64,000 nucleotides of DNA, from assembly GCA_963778795.1 (NCBI GenBank), contig CAVZVU010000001.1:44776-108775 (forward strand), given 5' to 3'. The notes under the pieces are model-generated. The model searched no databases and had not been told where the DNA came from. It saw only the letters and a program-made list of their open reading frames with translations. Both the position numbers and the translations under genes were made by a program. Below are positions 1 through 10,743 of the stretch, piece by piece. The DNA comes from an uncultured Pseudomonadota bacterium (lineage in GTDB: Bacteria > Myxococcota_A > Polyangia > Fen-1088). Each line of letters opens with the position of its first letter. The stretch's first letter is position 1.

Positions 1-410
1 ACCCCCTCGTCATCCCCGGGGGCGGCGGCCGGCTCATCGGCCCGCAGGCGCGCGTCGACCTCGCGCTGCCCGACGATCTCCTTGTCAGCCGCCGTCAGCG
101 TCGTGGCTTCCACCGGGACGCCGCCGTTGGCCGGCTTGCCACGCAGCGGGATCCGGACCTCGTAGGCGGTCGCGATCTCGGGAAGCTGGACCTCCCAGTC
201 CTGGTCGCCGTCGGTCATGCGCACGACGTAGCGGTTCCGCTGCGTGGTGCCCTCGCCGCCCATGTGACTGCGCATCAGATCGCTTGGGATGTCGATGCGC
301 CCGGCCGGCCCGCTCAAGCACCCGAGGCCGCCGGCGCCGGTTGCCGAAGCGACCAGGGCGATCGCGAGCCATCCCCTACCTGCGCTGCCCTTTTTCGTGT
401 GATTTGTCAT
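1..410 (-). CDS. putative lipoprotein, last gene of the envelope operon (3' end runs off the window)
   Basis: Absent from the ORF track because it is open at the window edge. The minus frame from ATG 410..408 reads MTNHTKKGSAGRGWLAIALVASATGAGGLGCLSGPAGRIDIPSDL... (signal peptide plus LGC lipobox). Third-position GC is very high, and it starts 4 nt after the stop of 415..1950. The listed ORF 85..372 is the wrong frame of this gene. Confidence 0.6.
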   Translation of the reverse strand, partial: MTNHTKKGSAGRGWLAIALVASATGAGGLGCLSGPAGRIDIPSDLMRSHMGGEGTTQRNRYVVRMTDGDQDWEVQLPEIATAYEVRIPLRGKPANGGVPVEATTLTAADKEIVGQREVDARLRADEPAAAPGDDEG

Positions 411-414
411 GACA

Positions 415-1950
415 TCACCAATTGAACGCCAACCGCACGCGATAGCCGAGGCCGCCGAGATCGTGGTCGGCGAAGTGCGTCGGCAGCACGTACTGCAGGC
501 CGCCGACGATCGACATGCGCCACTTCAAGTGCAGGTCGAGCCCCGACTCGCCATAGAACGTGTTCCCCTGGTTGCCGGAGAACATCCCTCCCAGCTCGCC
601 GTAGACCCAAAGCTCGGGCTGATTCAGGCTCGGCTCGCTCAGGTTGGTGGAGTAGTAGGCGCCCGACATCAGCGAATTGAGCACGTTCTTGCCGGCCTGC
701 GGGACGCCGGTGAAGAAGATGCCGACCGACAGACCAAACAGCTGCTGCTGATCCTCGCCGAAGCGCTCGTGGATCCGGATGGTCATCAGCGGCCCGCCGA
801 TGTCGCCCGTCGGTCCGTTGTACCCGATGCGCGCCAACCCGACCGCCATCATGTAGCCGAAGTAGGGACGGCCTTGCAGCTTGCGATCGAGCTCATCCAG
901 CCGTTCGGTGCGGCTGGGAATTCGCCGCCCGGTGCGCAGCAACATCGCGGTCGTGGCGTCCGAGCGATAAGCATCCGACCAGACGACGCCGCCGTCGCTG
1001 GCGCGGAAGGCGATCGCCTCCATCCAGATGACGTTCGACTGCGGATTGAAAGTGAAGCTCAGGTCGACGAAGGTCTTGATGCCCTGGGTCCGGCCGATGC
1101 GCTGCAGGTCGTCCTGGCGAACCGCCCCTAGCGAGACCAGCCATTGCCCGTTCTCGACGCGCGATCGCATCGAGCTGCATTCGATGCAAACCGCCGTGCG
1201 GATGGTGGTCGCTTGCGAGATGCGGGCGAGCAGCCGGGCCTCGAGCGTGCCGGCGAACTCCGGGCGCAAGTCGGGCGACAGGCGCACCAGCCGGATCGCG
1301 AGCGGCGACATCGCCACGGCGTCCTGCTTCCCCAGCTGGTAGGTGATCTCGTCGAGCATCTCATCCACCAGCTCGTAGAAGCTCACGTTGGTGCGCGCGC
1401 GGCGGATCAACTCCTCGCTGTGGGACTTCGCCGCTGCCTTGGCGTTGGCATCCAGCCTCTGGGCGGCCGCAGCGGCCGAGTCGGGCGATTCGGCCTGGAC
1501 CGACGGTTTCGTCGGCGTCGTGCTGGTGATGAGATACGGGGGCGTCACCGGCCGCGCCGGCCTGGTCGCCTTCACCGGCGGGAGCGTCACGCCGGCTGGG
1601 GTGGCCTCCCCGTCGATCGGCTCCTCCCCGTCGTGCCGCTGCCGCACCGGATAGACTGACTGATAGCCGCCCGGCGGCGGGGTTGGGGATGCCGGTGGAC
1701 GGCCCGGCGGTGGGCTGGTGGCGTTCGCGGGGCCGTCGTACCAGGGCGGCGCGATCGGGGGGCCGATCGGCTGGCCTTTGCCGGGCGCGCGTTGTTGCCC
1801 ACTGGCCGGGGGCGGTGGTGTCTGGCCCGGGTCCGGAATGTCACCCGGGGCCGGAGCGGCCGCCGGGTCCGACGGCGCCGCCCGGGCGGTGGGCGAAGCA
1901 ACTCCTCCGGCGATCGCGAACGCGAGTAACAGGGTCTTTCTAGAATGCAT
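415..1950 (-). CDS. secreted Pro-rich protein with C-terminal beta-barrel-like region (hypothetical)
   Basis: I place the start at internal ATG 1950 (MHSRKTLLLAFAIAGGVASPTARA signal peptide) rather than ORF-track 2274. It overlaps the upstream stop by 11 nt. A long Pro/Gly-rich linker is present, and the protein ends ...LGGLGYRVRLAFNW (terminal aromatic typical of OM barrels). Confidence 0.6.
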   Translation of the reverse strand: MHSRKTLLLAFAIAGGVASPTARAAPSDPAAAPAPGDIPDPGQTPPPPASGQQRAPGKGQPIGPPIAPPWYDGPANATSPPPGRPPASPTPPPGGYQSVYPVRQRHDGEEPIDGEATPAGVTLPPVKATRPARPVTPPYLITSTTPTKPSVQAESPDSAAAAAQRLDANAKAAAKSHSEELIRRARTNVSFYELVDEMLDEITYQLGKQDAVAMSPLAIRLVRLSPDLRPEFAGTLEARLLARISQATTIRTAVCIECSSMRSRVENGQWLVSLGAVRQDDLQRIGRTQGIKTFVDLSFTFNPQSNVIWMEAIAFRASDGGVVWSDAYRSDATTAMLLRTGRRIPSRTERLDELDRKLQGRPYFGYMMAVGLARIGYNGPTGDIGGPLMTIRIHERFGEDQQQLFGLSVGIFFTGVPQAGKNVLNSLMSGAYYSTNLSEPSLNQPELWVYGELGGMFSGNQGNTFYGESGLDLHLKWRMSIVGGLQYVLPTHFADHDLGGLGYRVRLAFNW

Positions 1951-2821
1951 AGCCAACCTGTAGGCGAACACCGCCCCGATCCGAAGCCAAGCGGTCGTCC
2001 CACTCTTTTTGAAGTGTCGGATCTTGGGTGCGTCCCATGTCGTTGAGGGTCGCCTGCGAATAGAACGCATAGGCGAACACGTATTCGAGGCTGGCGCGCA
2101 GCCCCGATTTATCCATCCAGGCGAGGCCGGCCGAGCCGGTGGCCAGATGCGCCACGCCGCTGCCGGCGCTGCTGTTGATTGTCGCGCCGACGAATATCGG
2201 TCCCCCGGGCACACCGGTGGTCGGGCCGTAGTTGTACGAGGTAAACGCCATGTTCGCCGCGCAGCCCCCCGCACCCAGCGACGCGAACGGTGTCAGGTTG
2301 CCGTGGCTGATCATGAGCCATTTGAAGCGGCCACCACCGCAGGTGCGGGAGTCCTGGAAGTAGCCGTCCAACGTGCTCTCGTTGACGTTGCGGCGCCCGA
2401 TCCAGAGCTCGGCCTCGAGCCAGGGCAGGATCACGCCGCCCACCGCCAGGCCATACGAGGTCACCCCGCCGCTGACGTAGGCGTCGATGGCGTTGCGCTT
2501 GAAGACGCGGACCGGGATGTTCTGCTTCTGGACCCAGCTGTCGACGAGCTTGTCATGCTGCCCCTGGACCTCGATCGCCTTTTGCACCCGATCCTCGTCC
2601 ATCTTTTGTTCGAAGGTCTCGAGACGGCAGCGGCGTCGCGCGCGCAAGGCCTCGGAGCTGTCGTCCTCGGGGAAGTAAGTGGCGGCTTCGGTGCACCCGT
2701 CGGCGCCGGTCTGATGATCGATCGTCAAGCTGGCGCGCGCCGCGCCCGCCGACAACAGCATCCAGCCGGCGGTGAGCCCCAGCGGGACCAACCAAGTCAT
2801 CTTGTTGTGATGGCGGGTCAT
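1940..2821 (-). CDS. putative outer-membrane beta-barrel protein (hypothetical)
   Basis: 293-aa ORF with signal peptide MTWLVPLGLTAGWMLLSAGAARA. The C-terminal half is rich in Gly and aromatics and ends ...GGVRLQVGYAF. There is a 4-nt start/stop overlap with the upstream gene at 2818-2821. Confidence 0.6.
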   Translation of the reverse strand: MTRHHNKMTWLVPLGLTAGWMLLSAGAARASLTIDHQTGADGCTEAATYFPEDDSSEALRARRRCRLETFEQKMDEDRVQKAIEVQGQHDKLVDSWVQKQNIPVRVFKRNAIDAYVSGGVTSYGLAVGGVILPWLEAELWIGRRNVNESTLDGYFQDSRTCGGGRFKWLMISHGNLTPFASLGAGGCAANMAFTSYNYGPTTGVPGGPIFVGATINSSAGSGVAHLATGSAGLAWMDKSGLRASLEYVFAYAFYSQATLNDMGRTQDPTLQKEWDDRLASDRGGVRLQVGYAF

Positions 2822-4959
2822 GGTTTGGCCTTCGCCTCCGCAACCACTGCCAGGGTCGTGCCAAGAGGCGCGGTCCAGCGTTTGAGATCGCCGGGGCTCG
2901 GGTTGTTGCCGGTGGCCGGGACCCAGAGCAGCGCGCCCGGCCCGATCGGGGTGAGGGCGATGCGCGGCGCCATCACGTCGTATCGCCGCGCGACCGCGAT
3001 GTCCCCCAGCAGGATCGGCCGGCGCGCGCTGCCGACCCGTTCGGCGTAGCCGCGCGCCCCGACACGCAGGTGGGCGCTGGCGGCCCGATAGACCGTGGTC
3101 AGCTCGGCGTCGACCGGCCCACGACCATGGGCGGTGAGATGCTGTTGCAGCCGATCGACCAGGATCTTGAGATTGGCCTGATCGTCGCTTTCGACCAGCG
3201 CCGGGAGCGCGTCGCGCGCCACGATCAGCATCGCGCGCTGCCAGTTCAACGAGCGCTCGCGGCGGCGCGACCGGTAAAGCCGCTCGGCGTCGGGCGAGTC
3301 GATGAGCCCCGCGCTCCGCACGCTCTTTTCCTTTCCCTTTTCCTTGGCCTTCGGGCCAAGGGCGGCGGGAGCGGTGAGCGGGGCAAAGGTCGCAAGCGGG
3401 GGGCGGCCGGGCTCGGGGTCTTCCTGGTCGCCCTCGCCGGCCAGCATGGCGAAGGTGCGCCCGAACTGGACCCGATCACCGGCCAGCGCCGCCGCAACCG
3501 ACGCGCGCGCCAGGTGGTGCAGGCGATGATTCTCATCACTGTCGTTCTGCATGAGCCACAGAAACGACTGCATTCCTGAAGCGTGCGCGCCGCCCGCTTC
3601 GGCCATCTGCGCGAACCGCTCGACGCGGGCGAGCCGCTCGGACGGGTCTCCCAGCGCCTCGAGCACCTCGATGCTCTCCGGGGTGACCGGCGAGCCGACC
3701 AGCAGCCGCATCGCGAAGTCGTCGATGGCCGCGAGCGCCGTGTGCCCATCGATGGTCGCTCGCCGATGGCGCCCCAGCGCCGCGCGGGCTTCGGCCAGCG
3801 CTTCGGCGCGGCGGCCAGCCTTCATGTGGGCGTCCATCTGGCGAAACGCCAGGTAGCGGCCGAGCGGGTCGTCGCCGTGGGGGGGCGGCCCGATGATCGC
3901 GACCGCCTCCTCGATCCGGCCGGCGTCGCGCAGGTGCTCCGCCAGGCGGAACGCCAGCACGCGGCGCACGTCGTGGGGCAGGTCGGCGTCCAGCGCGGCC
4001 CGCAGCCGGGGCAGCGCCGCGCCGCGGTGGTCGGGATCGGCCTCCGCGTCGGCGTCGGCCGCGATCGCCCAGGTCAGCGCCAGCTGCGCCTGCTCCTGCG
4101 GCGAGAACGGGCCGCCCGGCGCGGTGTCGGCGGGCGACAGCCGTGCCAGCGGTTCCAGCGCGCCCCGCGGATCGCCGGCGGCGATCGCCAGGGTCGCCTG
4201 CTCGAAGAGCAACGCCGGCAGGGCGGGGTGCCGGGGCGGCAGCGATCGGGTCAGCTCGCGCACCATCATGGTCTCGGCCGACCAGTCGGTCGTGTCCGGT
4301 TGGGCTGAAACCGGGGTGTCGCGACAGAAATCCGAGACCACCCGCGCCGCCGGCTCTTCGTCGGGCCAGCGTTCGGCCTCGATCGGCCAGACCTGCGCGT
4401 CGGCCGGGGGTGGATTCACCGGCAAGGTGCGCGTCGCCGTCGGTCGCAGGCTGGTGGCCCGCGGCGCGCCCGGCTTCGCGGGCGGCGCCGGTAGCTCGTT
4501 GGGGAGGAGGGGCGGCAGCCGGAACCGCTCCACCTGGACCAGCCGGCGCAGCTGGTCCCAGGGGTTCGAGAGGGCTTGGCTCGGGCGCGGCGCGCCGCGC
4601 ATCGGCTCGCACCGCAGCAGCGCCAGCAGCTCGGACCAGAAGTCGAGCGCCGGATCGGGACGGCGCACTTCGCGGTCGGCGACCTCCAGCAACGCCCGCT
4701 GGGCGGTGCCGAGCTGCCCGGACCAGATCGCCGCGGCACCTTCGTCGAGCCACCGGTCACGCGGCACGGCGTTGGCGCGGGTGATCTCCGTGGCCGAAGC
4801 GCCCACCCCTGGTGCCGGCGCCTCGCGCCGGGCCATCGCTGCGCATCCACTGGCGCAGCCGCCCAGTGTCGCCCAGAGGCAACCCGAGACCACCAGCGAT
4901 GACCGCGGGCGCGACATCGCCGAGCGGAAGAGGGCCCTGGCGCCGGTTCCCCTTTTCAA
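2818..4959 (-). CDS. large alpha-helical (TPR-like?) lipoprotein, hypothetical
   Basis: 713-aa ORF with N-terminal ...SSLVVSGCLWATLGGCASGC (lipobox-like). Leu/Ala/Arg-rich helical repeats run throughout. It shows an ATGA overlap with the upstream gene at 4956-4959. No catalytic motif was recognised. Confidence 0.55.
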   Translation of the reverse strand: MKRGTGARALFRSAMSRPRSSLVVSGCLWATLGGCASGCAAMARREAPAPGVGASATEITRANAVPRDRWLDEGAAAIWSGQLGTAQRALLEVADREVRRPDPALDFWSELLALLRCEPMRGAPRPSQALSNPWDQLRRLVQVERFRLPPLLPNELPAPPAKPGAPRATSLRPTATRTLPVNPPPADAQVWPIEAERWPDEEPAARVVSDFCRDTPVSAQPDTTDWSAETMMVRELTRSLPPRHPALPALLFEQATLAIAAGDPRGALEPLARLSPADTAPGGPFSPQEQAQLALTWAIAADADAEADPDHRGAALPRLRAALDADLPHDVRRVLAFRLAEHLRDAGRIEEAVAIIGPPPHGDDPLGRYLAFRQMDAHMKAGRRAEALAEARAALGRHRRATIDGHTALAAIDDFAMRLLVGSPVTPESIEVLEALGDPSERLARVERFAQMAEAGGAHASGMQSFLWLMQNDSDENHRLHHLARASVAAALAGDRVQFGRTFAMLAGEGDQEDPEPGRPPLATFAPLTAPAALGPKAKEKGKEKSVRSAGLIDSPDAERLYRSRRRERSLNWQRAMLIVARDALPALVESDDQANLKILVDRLQQHLTAHGRGPVDAELTTVYRAASAHLRVGARGYAERVGSARRPILLGDIAVARRYDVMAPRIALTPIGPGALLWVPATGNNPSPGDLKRWTAPLGTTLAVVAEAKAKP

Positions 4960-5714
4960 AACACCCCTCCCGTGACCAGCGCGGGGAGAAACCCCAGCAC
5001 CGTGACCGTGCCGGTGACCCGGCGCTCGACCTCGACCGTCATCCCGGCTTCCAGGCGAAAGAACCAGCGGGGCGTGGCGTGTACCAGCAACCCGATGCCG
5101 GCCAGCCCCGAGGGGCCGAAGCTGCCGTCGTGAACATGCATGCCGGCCTGCAGCAGCGCCTGCGGCTGGAAGTGAATCGCGTGGCCGAAGCCGCCGATCA
5201 TCATCTTGCCGTACCCCATCGAGTAACGGCCGCCGGCCAGCAGCAGCCAGGTCGGCGCGCGGCTGTCGGGGACGACGCCGATCATGTGCTCCACCTCGAT
5301 CCCCGCCTGATTGAGGCGGCTGAAGTAGCGCGACAGCTGAAGCTCAAACCCAAGCGATTCCCACAGGTAGTAAGTCGCCCCCAGGCGGACGCCGGGGCTG
5401 ATGTAGAAGTCGCGCCGCTCGAGGTAGTCGACGCCGCCGAACAGATGCAAGGTGCCGGCGTTGCGCGCGTAGCGGTTCTGCACGCGCAGCTCGGCGGTCG
5501 GCCGCGGCGGCGGTTCGCGCAGGCCGGTAGCGGACAGCGGCGCGGCGGTCGCCGGCGCCGGTGTCGCCCCGGGCGCGTCGGTCGCTCGAGCGACGGGCGT
5601 CCCCGCTGCCGACACCGGCGACTCGAGGATCAGCGCCACCGCGGCGGCGACCCCCACAGCGGCGCAGACGACGTGGGGGATCTTGGGTCTGGCCAGCGTC
5701 ATCTCTGACCTCAT
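4956..5714 (-). CDS. putative small outer-membrane beta-barrel protein (hypothetical)
   Basis: I place the start at ATG 5714 (ATGA overlap with the stop of 5711..7540). The signal-like segment is PHVVCAAVGVAAAVALILESPVSAAG. The alternating pattern ...YYLWESLGFELQLSRYF... is present and the protein ends ...LPALVTGGVF (terminal Phe). Confidence 0.6.
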   Translation of the reverse strand: MRSEMTLARPKIPHVVCAAVGVAAAVALILESPVSAAGTPVARATDAPGATPAPATAAPLSATGLREPPPRPTAELRVQNRYARNAGTLHLFGGVDYLERRDFYISPGVRLGATYYLWESLGFELQLSRYFSRLNQAGIEVEHMIGVVPDSRAPTWLLLAGGRYSMGYGKMMIGGFGHAIHFQPQALLQAGMHVHDGSFGPSGLAGIGLLVHATPRWFFRLEAGMTVEVERRVTGTVTVLGFLPALVTGGVF

Positions 5715-7540
5715 GACGGCCCCATGCAGAGGTTGCTGCCGATCCAACCGCCCAGGACGGCGACGCCCGAATCGGCGGTGAACGGATGATCGCAATAGCG
5801 CGTGCAGATCTCGTAGCGGATCTTGGCCTGGTGGGGCGTGAAGCCACGCTTGGAAACCAAGTTCACCGGGGGAATATCGAGAAAGTACGCGGGGGGATCG
5901 TCCCCGTGCACCGGGTACTGGGTGTCCATGGGAAGGCGAATGAGGTTGCCGTTGGCGTCGTGACTCGCCATCTCCACCGGGTTCTGCTCCGGTGAGACCG
6001 AAATCGTGCACAGCCGGATGAGACCGCCGTCGTACGTCTGAGCGTCTTGCTCGTCTTCGAGAAGCGGAATCGGCACCGACGGATCATCGACCTCCGAGAT
6101 CAGCGGAAGCTCCTGACTGCCGTAGTCCTTCAGCGCCTGCGCGAAGGTGGGATCGGTCGCCGACGTCCAGAGCGTCGGCTGGCCGCTCCATCCACCGAAC
6201 GATTGCGCCATCTCCGCAGAACCGAACGGCCAGAGCCAGACCTGGAAGTCTCCCGGGGGCGGCGGATTGAAGAGGTCGGAGGTGAAGTCGGAGAGCGACT
6301 GGACCAGCGGCGTCGGCAGCGGCACCCGGAGGTTGTTGAAGTAGAGCAGGAAGTAGCGCTGGTGCTGCTCGGGCCAGGTCGCGGCGGCGTCCTTGACCTG
6401 TTTGGCCATGCCTGCAGGATCGAGCGCACGGAGGGGCGACTGCCGACAGGGGGTGCCCGCCATTCCGGTCTCAGGATCGATGTCTGCGGAGAGATCGTGG
6501 ACCGGTAAGGGTCGAAGCTCGGAATAGACGCCGAGCGTCTTGGTCACGGTCTCTTGAATCGTATTGATCGCCGCCGGGCAAAGATCGGCGACCGGGATGC
6601 TGAGATCGAGAATGATCTGGTAGGTGAACGGCGTCAGCTCGGTCTTCACCGTGTGGCTGTGATTTCCATCGATGACGTCGGGGATGGTGTCGAGCGCGAC
6701 CTGGTCGTCAGCCCCGGGGCTTCCGTTGGCCGGCAACGCGCGCACCCCGGCGCAATAGCGGCCGGTCGCCGACAACGAAGGGGGCGCCGGCCAGGGATCC
6801 CCGAGCCCGGAGACCGGCACGAACTGGGCTTCGGGCGGGAAGAAGCCGGGGACGCAGACGCCCCGTCGGTCCCAGACCGATCGCTCGAGCGATCGCGGAA
6901 AGACGAAGGTGCCGTCACCACCGATCACGTCGTCGATCTTCGCCGATAAAATCTGGTTGTTGCGTCGGAAAGTCGACGTCAGCATCAGGGTCTTGTCGAC
7001 GTACTGGATGAGCGAGGGCGTATTGCCCGGCGACGTGCCGTAGGTAGGATTGAGCGTTCGCACGGGCGTGGTCCCTTTGGTCGGTAACTGATAGTGCCCG
7101 GGCAACACGATCTGTGCGCATATTCCGCCGCCGTTGCCGCAGGGCGCGACGCCGCCCGGGAACAGCGAGGCCGCGAAGTCGATTGTCTGCCAGTTCCCCG
7201 CGGCGTCAGCCAGCTGGTAGGTCACGGATGAGTCGGCCTGCTCGGCCGCCATGCGCCAGCGAACCACTGTCACGTTCTCCTGGCTGCTGTAGATGACGTT
7301 GATGTGGCGCGGGGCGAACGGGGCGTCGACGAAGGTCACGTTTCCGCAGGCGCCAAGCCCGCACAAGAGACCCCCAAGCAGACGACCCCAGAGAAGCCTC
7401 AGAAACCTGATACCGCCATCGGGCAACGCGACGCCAAGATCGCATAGACGATCACTGATACGACTGCCAACTTGGTTGCGCGCGGATATGACTCTGGGCG
7501 GAGTGCGACGGCGGACATATCGGTAGGCGGAGGCGATCAT
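5711..7540 (-). CDS. large secreted lipoprotein, hypothetical (first gene of the envelope operon)
   Basis: 609-aa ORF with the lipobox-like segment LLGGLLCGLGACGN near the N-terminus. Coding GC3 is high. No recognisable enzyme motif was seen. The exact start is uncertain. Confidence 0.55.
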   Translation of the reverse strand: MIASAYRYVRRRTPPRVISARNQVGSRISDRLCDLGVALPDGGIRFLRLLWGRLLGGLLCGLGACGNVTFVDAPFAPRHINVIYSSQENVTVVRWRMAAEQADSSVTYQLADAAGNWQTIDFAASLFPGGVAPCGNGGGICAQIVLPGHYQLPTKGTTPVRTLNPTYGTSPGNTPSLIQYVDKTLMLTSTFRRNNQILSAKIDDVIGGDGTFVFPRSLERSVWDRRGVCVPGFFPPEAQFVPVSGLGDPWPAPPSLSATGRYCAGVRALPANGSPGADDQVALDTIPDVIDGNHSHTVKTELTPFTYQIILDLSIPVADLCPAAINTIQETVTKTLGVYSELRPLPVHDLSADIDPETGMAGTPCRQSPLRALDPAGMAKQVKDAAATWPEQHQRYFLLYFNNLRVPLPTPLVQSLSDFTSDLFNPPPPGDFQVWLWPFGSAEMAQSFGGWSGQPTLWTSATDPTFAQALKDYGSQELPLISEVDDPSVPIPLLEDEQDAQTYDGGLIRLCTISVSPEQNPVEMASHDANGNLIRLPMDTQYPVHGDDPPAYFLDIPPVNLVSKRGFTPHQAKIRYEICTRYCDHPFTADSGVAVLGGWIGSNLCMGPS

Positions 7541-7750
7541 GTGTTGTTAAATGGGCGCGGAGGCGAAAAACGGCCCATCACAGACCCACCCTGCGCACCA
7601 CCGGTTGTCGTCAACGTTGTCGTCCGAGCAAGAACCGTGCGCAGCCCCCATCCTGGCCCGCCCCGTGCACCCCACTGCTTCGGAGCCGTCGGGGCACTGC
7701 AATGATCAACGAACCGAAGTCGTTTTATTGTCAAGCAACAAGCCGTTTTC

Positions 7751-8290
7751 GTGGTGGAGGTTCATCGCATGGCGTCTGAGTTTCACCGGGGCGGGGTCGG
7801 CCTGATGGCGTTGATCGGGGGGGCGGTCGCGACCAGCCTCGCCACCGGGGGCGTCGTGATCCTGGCGCAGATGTCAGGGTGCTGTGGGGGCGCGCCGACC
7901 CATGGCTGCAAGTTCGTCGAGAGCCAAGACGCCGCCATGGACAGCTCGGCCGACATGGCAATGGTCTGCCCGCTCGCGTGCGACCCCGGGTCTTATTGCT
8001 GTCTTGACGGCACCAAGGAGCCCCCCCTCTACTGCGTGGGTCCAGGGCAAGTGTGCCGGGGGGTGACGGCATCCTGCACCGGCGACCTGGATTGCATCGA
8101 CAGGGGGCAGCACTGCTGCGGCACCGTCGACACCATGACGGTGCGGTGCCAGGCCGAATGCTCAGGCCACTACAAGGACGACCAGACGGCCAGGATCTGC
8201 GAGAGCGATCAGGAGTGCCCGCCGGATCTTCCCAAATGCGTCAGCCACACGCTGAACGGCATCACGCTGTTCTTTTGCGACACGCCCTGA
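7751..8290 (+). CDS. small Cys-rich secreted/membrane-anchored protein (hypothetical)
   Basis: 179-aa ORF with hydrophobic N-terminus GVGLMALIGGAVATSLATGGVVILA. I count 19 Cys in CC/CxxC-like spacing (GCCGG, YCCLDG, HCCGT, ECPPDLPKC). The start could be ATG 7769. It is divergent from the envelope operon. Confidence 0.5.
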   Translation: MVEVHRMASEFHRGGVGLMALIGGAVATSLATGGVVILAQMSGCCGGAPTHGCKFVESQDAAMDSSADMAMVCPLACDPGSYCCLDGTKEPPLYCVGPGQVCRGVTASCTGDLDCIDRGQHCCGTVDTMTVRCQAECSGHYKDDQTARICESDQECPPDLPKCVSHTLNGITLFFCDTP

Positions 8291-8311
8291 CCGACTGCCG
8301 TCGTCGGGACG

Positions 8312-9801
<1,490 letters not shown>

Positions 9802-9805
<4 letters not shown>

Positions 9806-10656
9806 GGCCGCGGCAGTTTAGCAGCATCGGGGACGCGGTTGCTCGCGTGCGGAACCGGCCCGCCGACCTGCTTCGCCAGGAAGCCGAGCACGGCGTTCGA
9901 GACCGCGCCGCGCTCCACGTCGAGGGTGACGATGTGGAAGGAGCGATCGAGCCAGAGCCGCTCGATCACCTCGGAGCCGAGGCTGCCGGTCAGCTCGAGC
10001 GAGTCGTCCATCGGGACCGTGTGATCGTGGCGCCCGTGGATCACCAGCGTCGGCGTGCGGACGTTGGGCAGATCGGCGCGCACCGTGTTCATCAGGTCGA
10101 ACAGGCTGGTCACCGCCGAGATGGGAAAGGCGCGCAGCGATGGGTTCGCGTCGCGCATTTCGGGATCGGAGATGTCCGAGCCCTTGAGCTTGGGGATGCA
10201 GGCGAAGGCGTGCGAACGGAAGTCGAGCGGCAGCGAGGCCAGTAGCCGCACGCCGCGGCTTTGAAAGGTTCGCATGCGCAGCGGCGCCGCCATGATCACC
10301 TGGGCCGCGATCCAGTCGGGATGAAGGTGGGCCAGCCGCAGCGCCAGCAGGCCGCCCATCGAAAATCCCACCACGCAGATCGGTCGGCCTCCGACGCGCT
10401 GGCGCAGCTCTTCCATGGCCCGCTCGGCGGTCGCCAGCCAGTCGGGCCACTGGGTCGCCGCCAGGTCGCGCAGCGTTCCGCCATGACCGGCCAGCAGCGG
10501 GGCCTCGATCGAGTAGCCCGCGGCGCCGAGAGCCTCGGCCAGCGGCCGAATCTCGAACGGTGTGCCGGTCATGCCGTGCAGGACGAGCACACCCCTCGCG
10601 TCGCCCATCAGCGAGATGGGGGCTTTGCTGCCGGTGCCCGTCTGGAAGGGGAACAT
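9802..10656 (-). CDS. alpha/beta-hydrolase carboxylesterase/lipase
   Basis: 284 aa with VLVLHGMTGTP, the nucleophile elbow GFSMGG and a C-terminal HGRHDHTVP (Asp/His region). GTGA overlap with the glpK start indicates co-transcription. Confidence 0.8.
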
Positions 10657-10743
10657 AAAAAAACGGGGCTGGCGAAAATCGCCGCCCCGCTTCAGGTGAA
10701 GAGCGACCGGGAGGGCCTTACCCCTCCCGCGGCGGCGAAGCCG

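Noticed and set aside
85-372. ORF 85..372 (-), 95 aa.
   Set aside because: This is the wrong frame. The adjacent frame starting at ATG 410 gives a lipoprotein signal peptide, has high GC3 and continues off the window.
7541-7750. Searched the intergenic regions (7541-7750, 12265-12596, 21144-21343, 22589-22837, 63161-63634) for tRNA, small RNA or riboswitch-like structures.
   Set aside because: I could see no cloverleaf-compatible arms, conserved riboswitch cores or strong hairpin-plus-U-tract pairs by eye. This cannot be excluded without running tRNAscan and Infernal.
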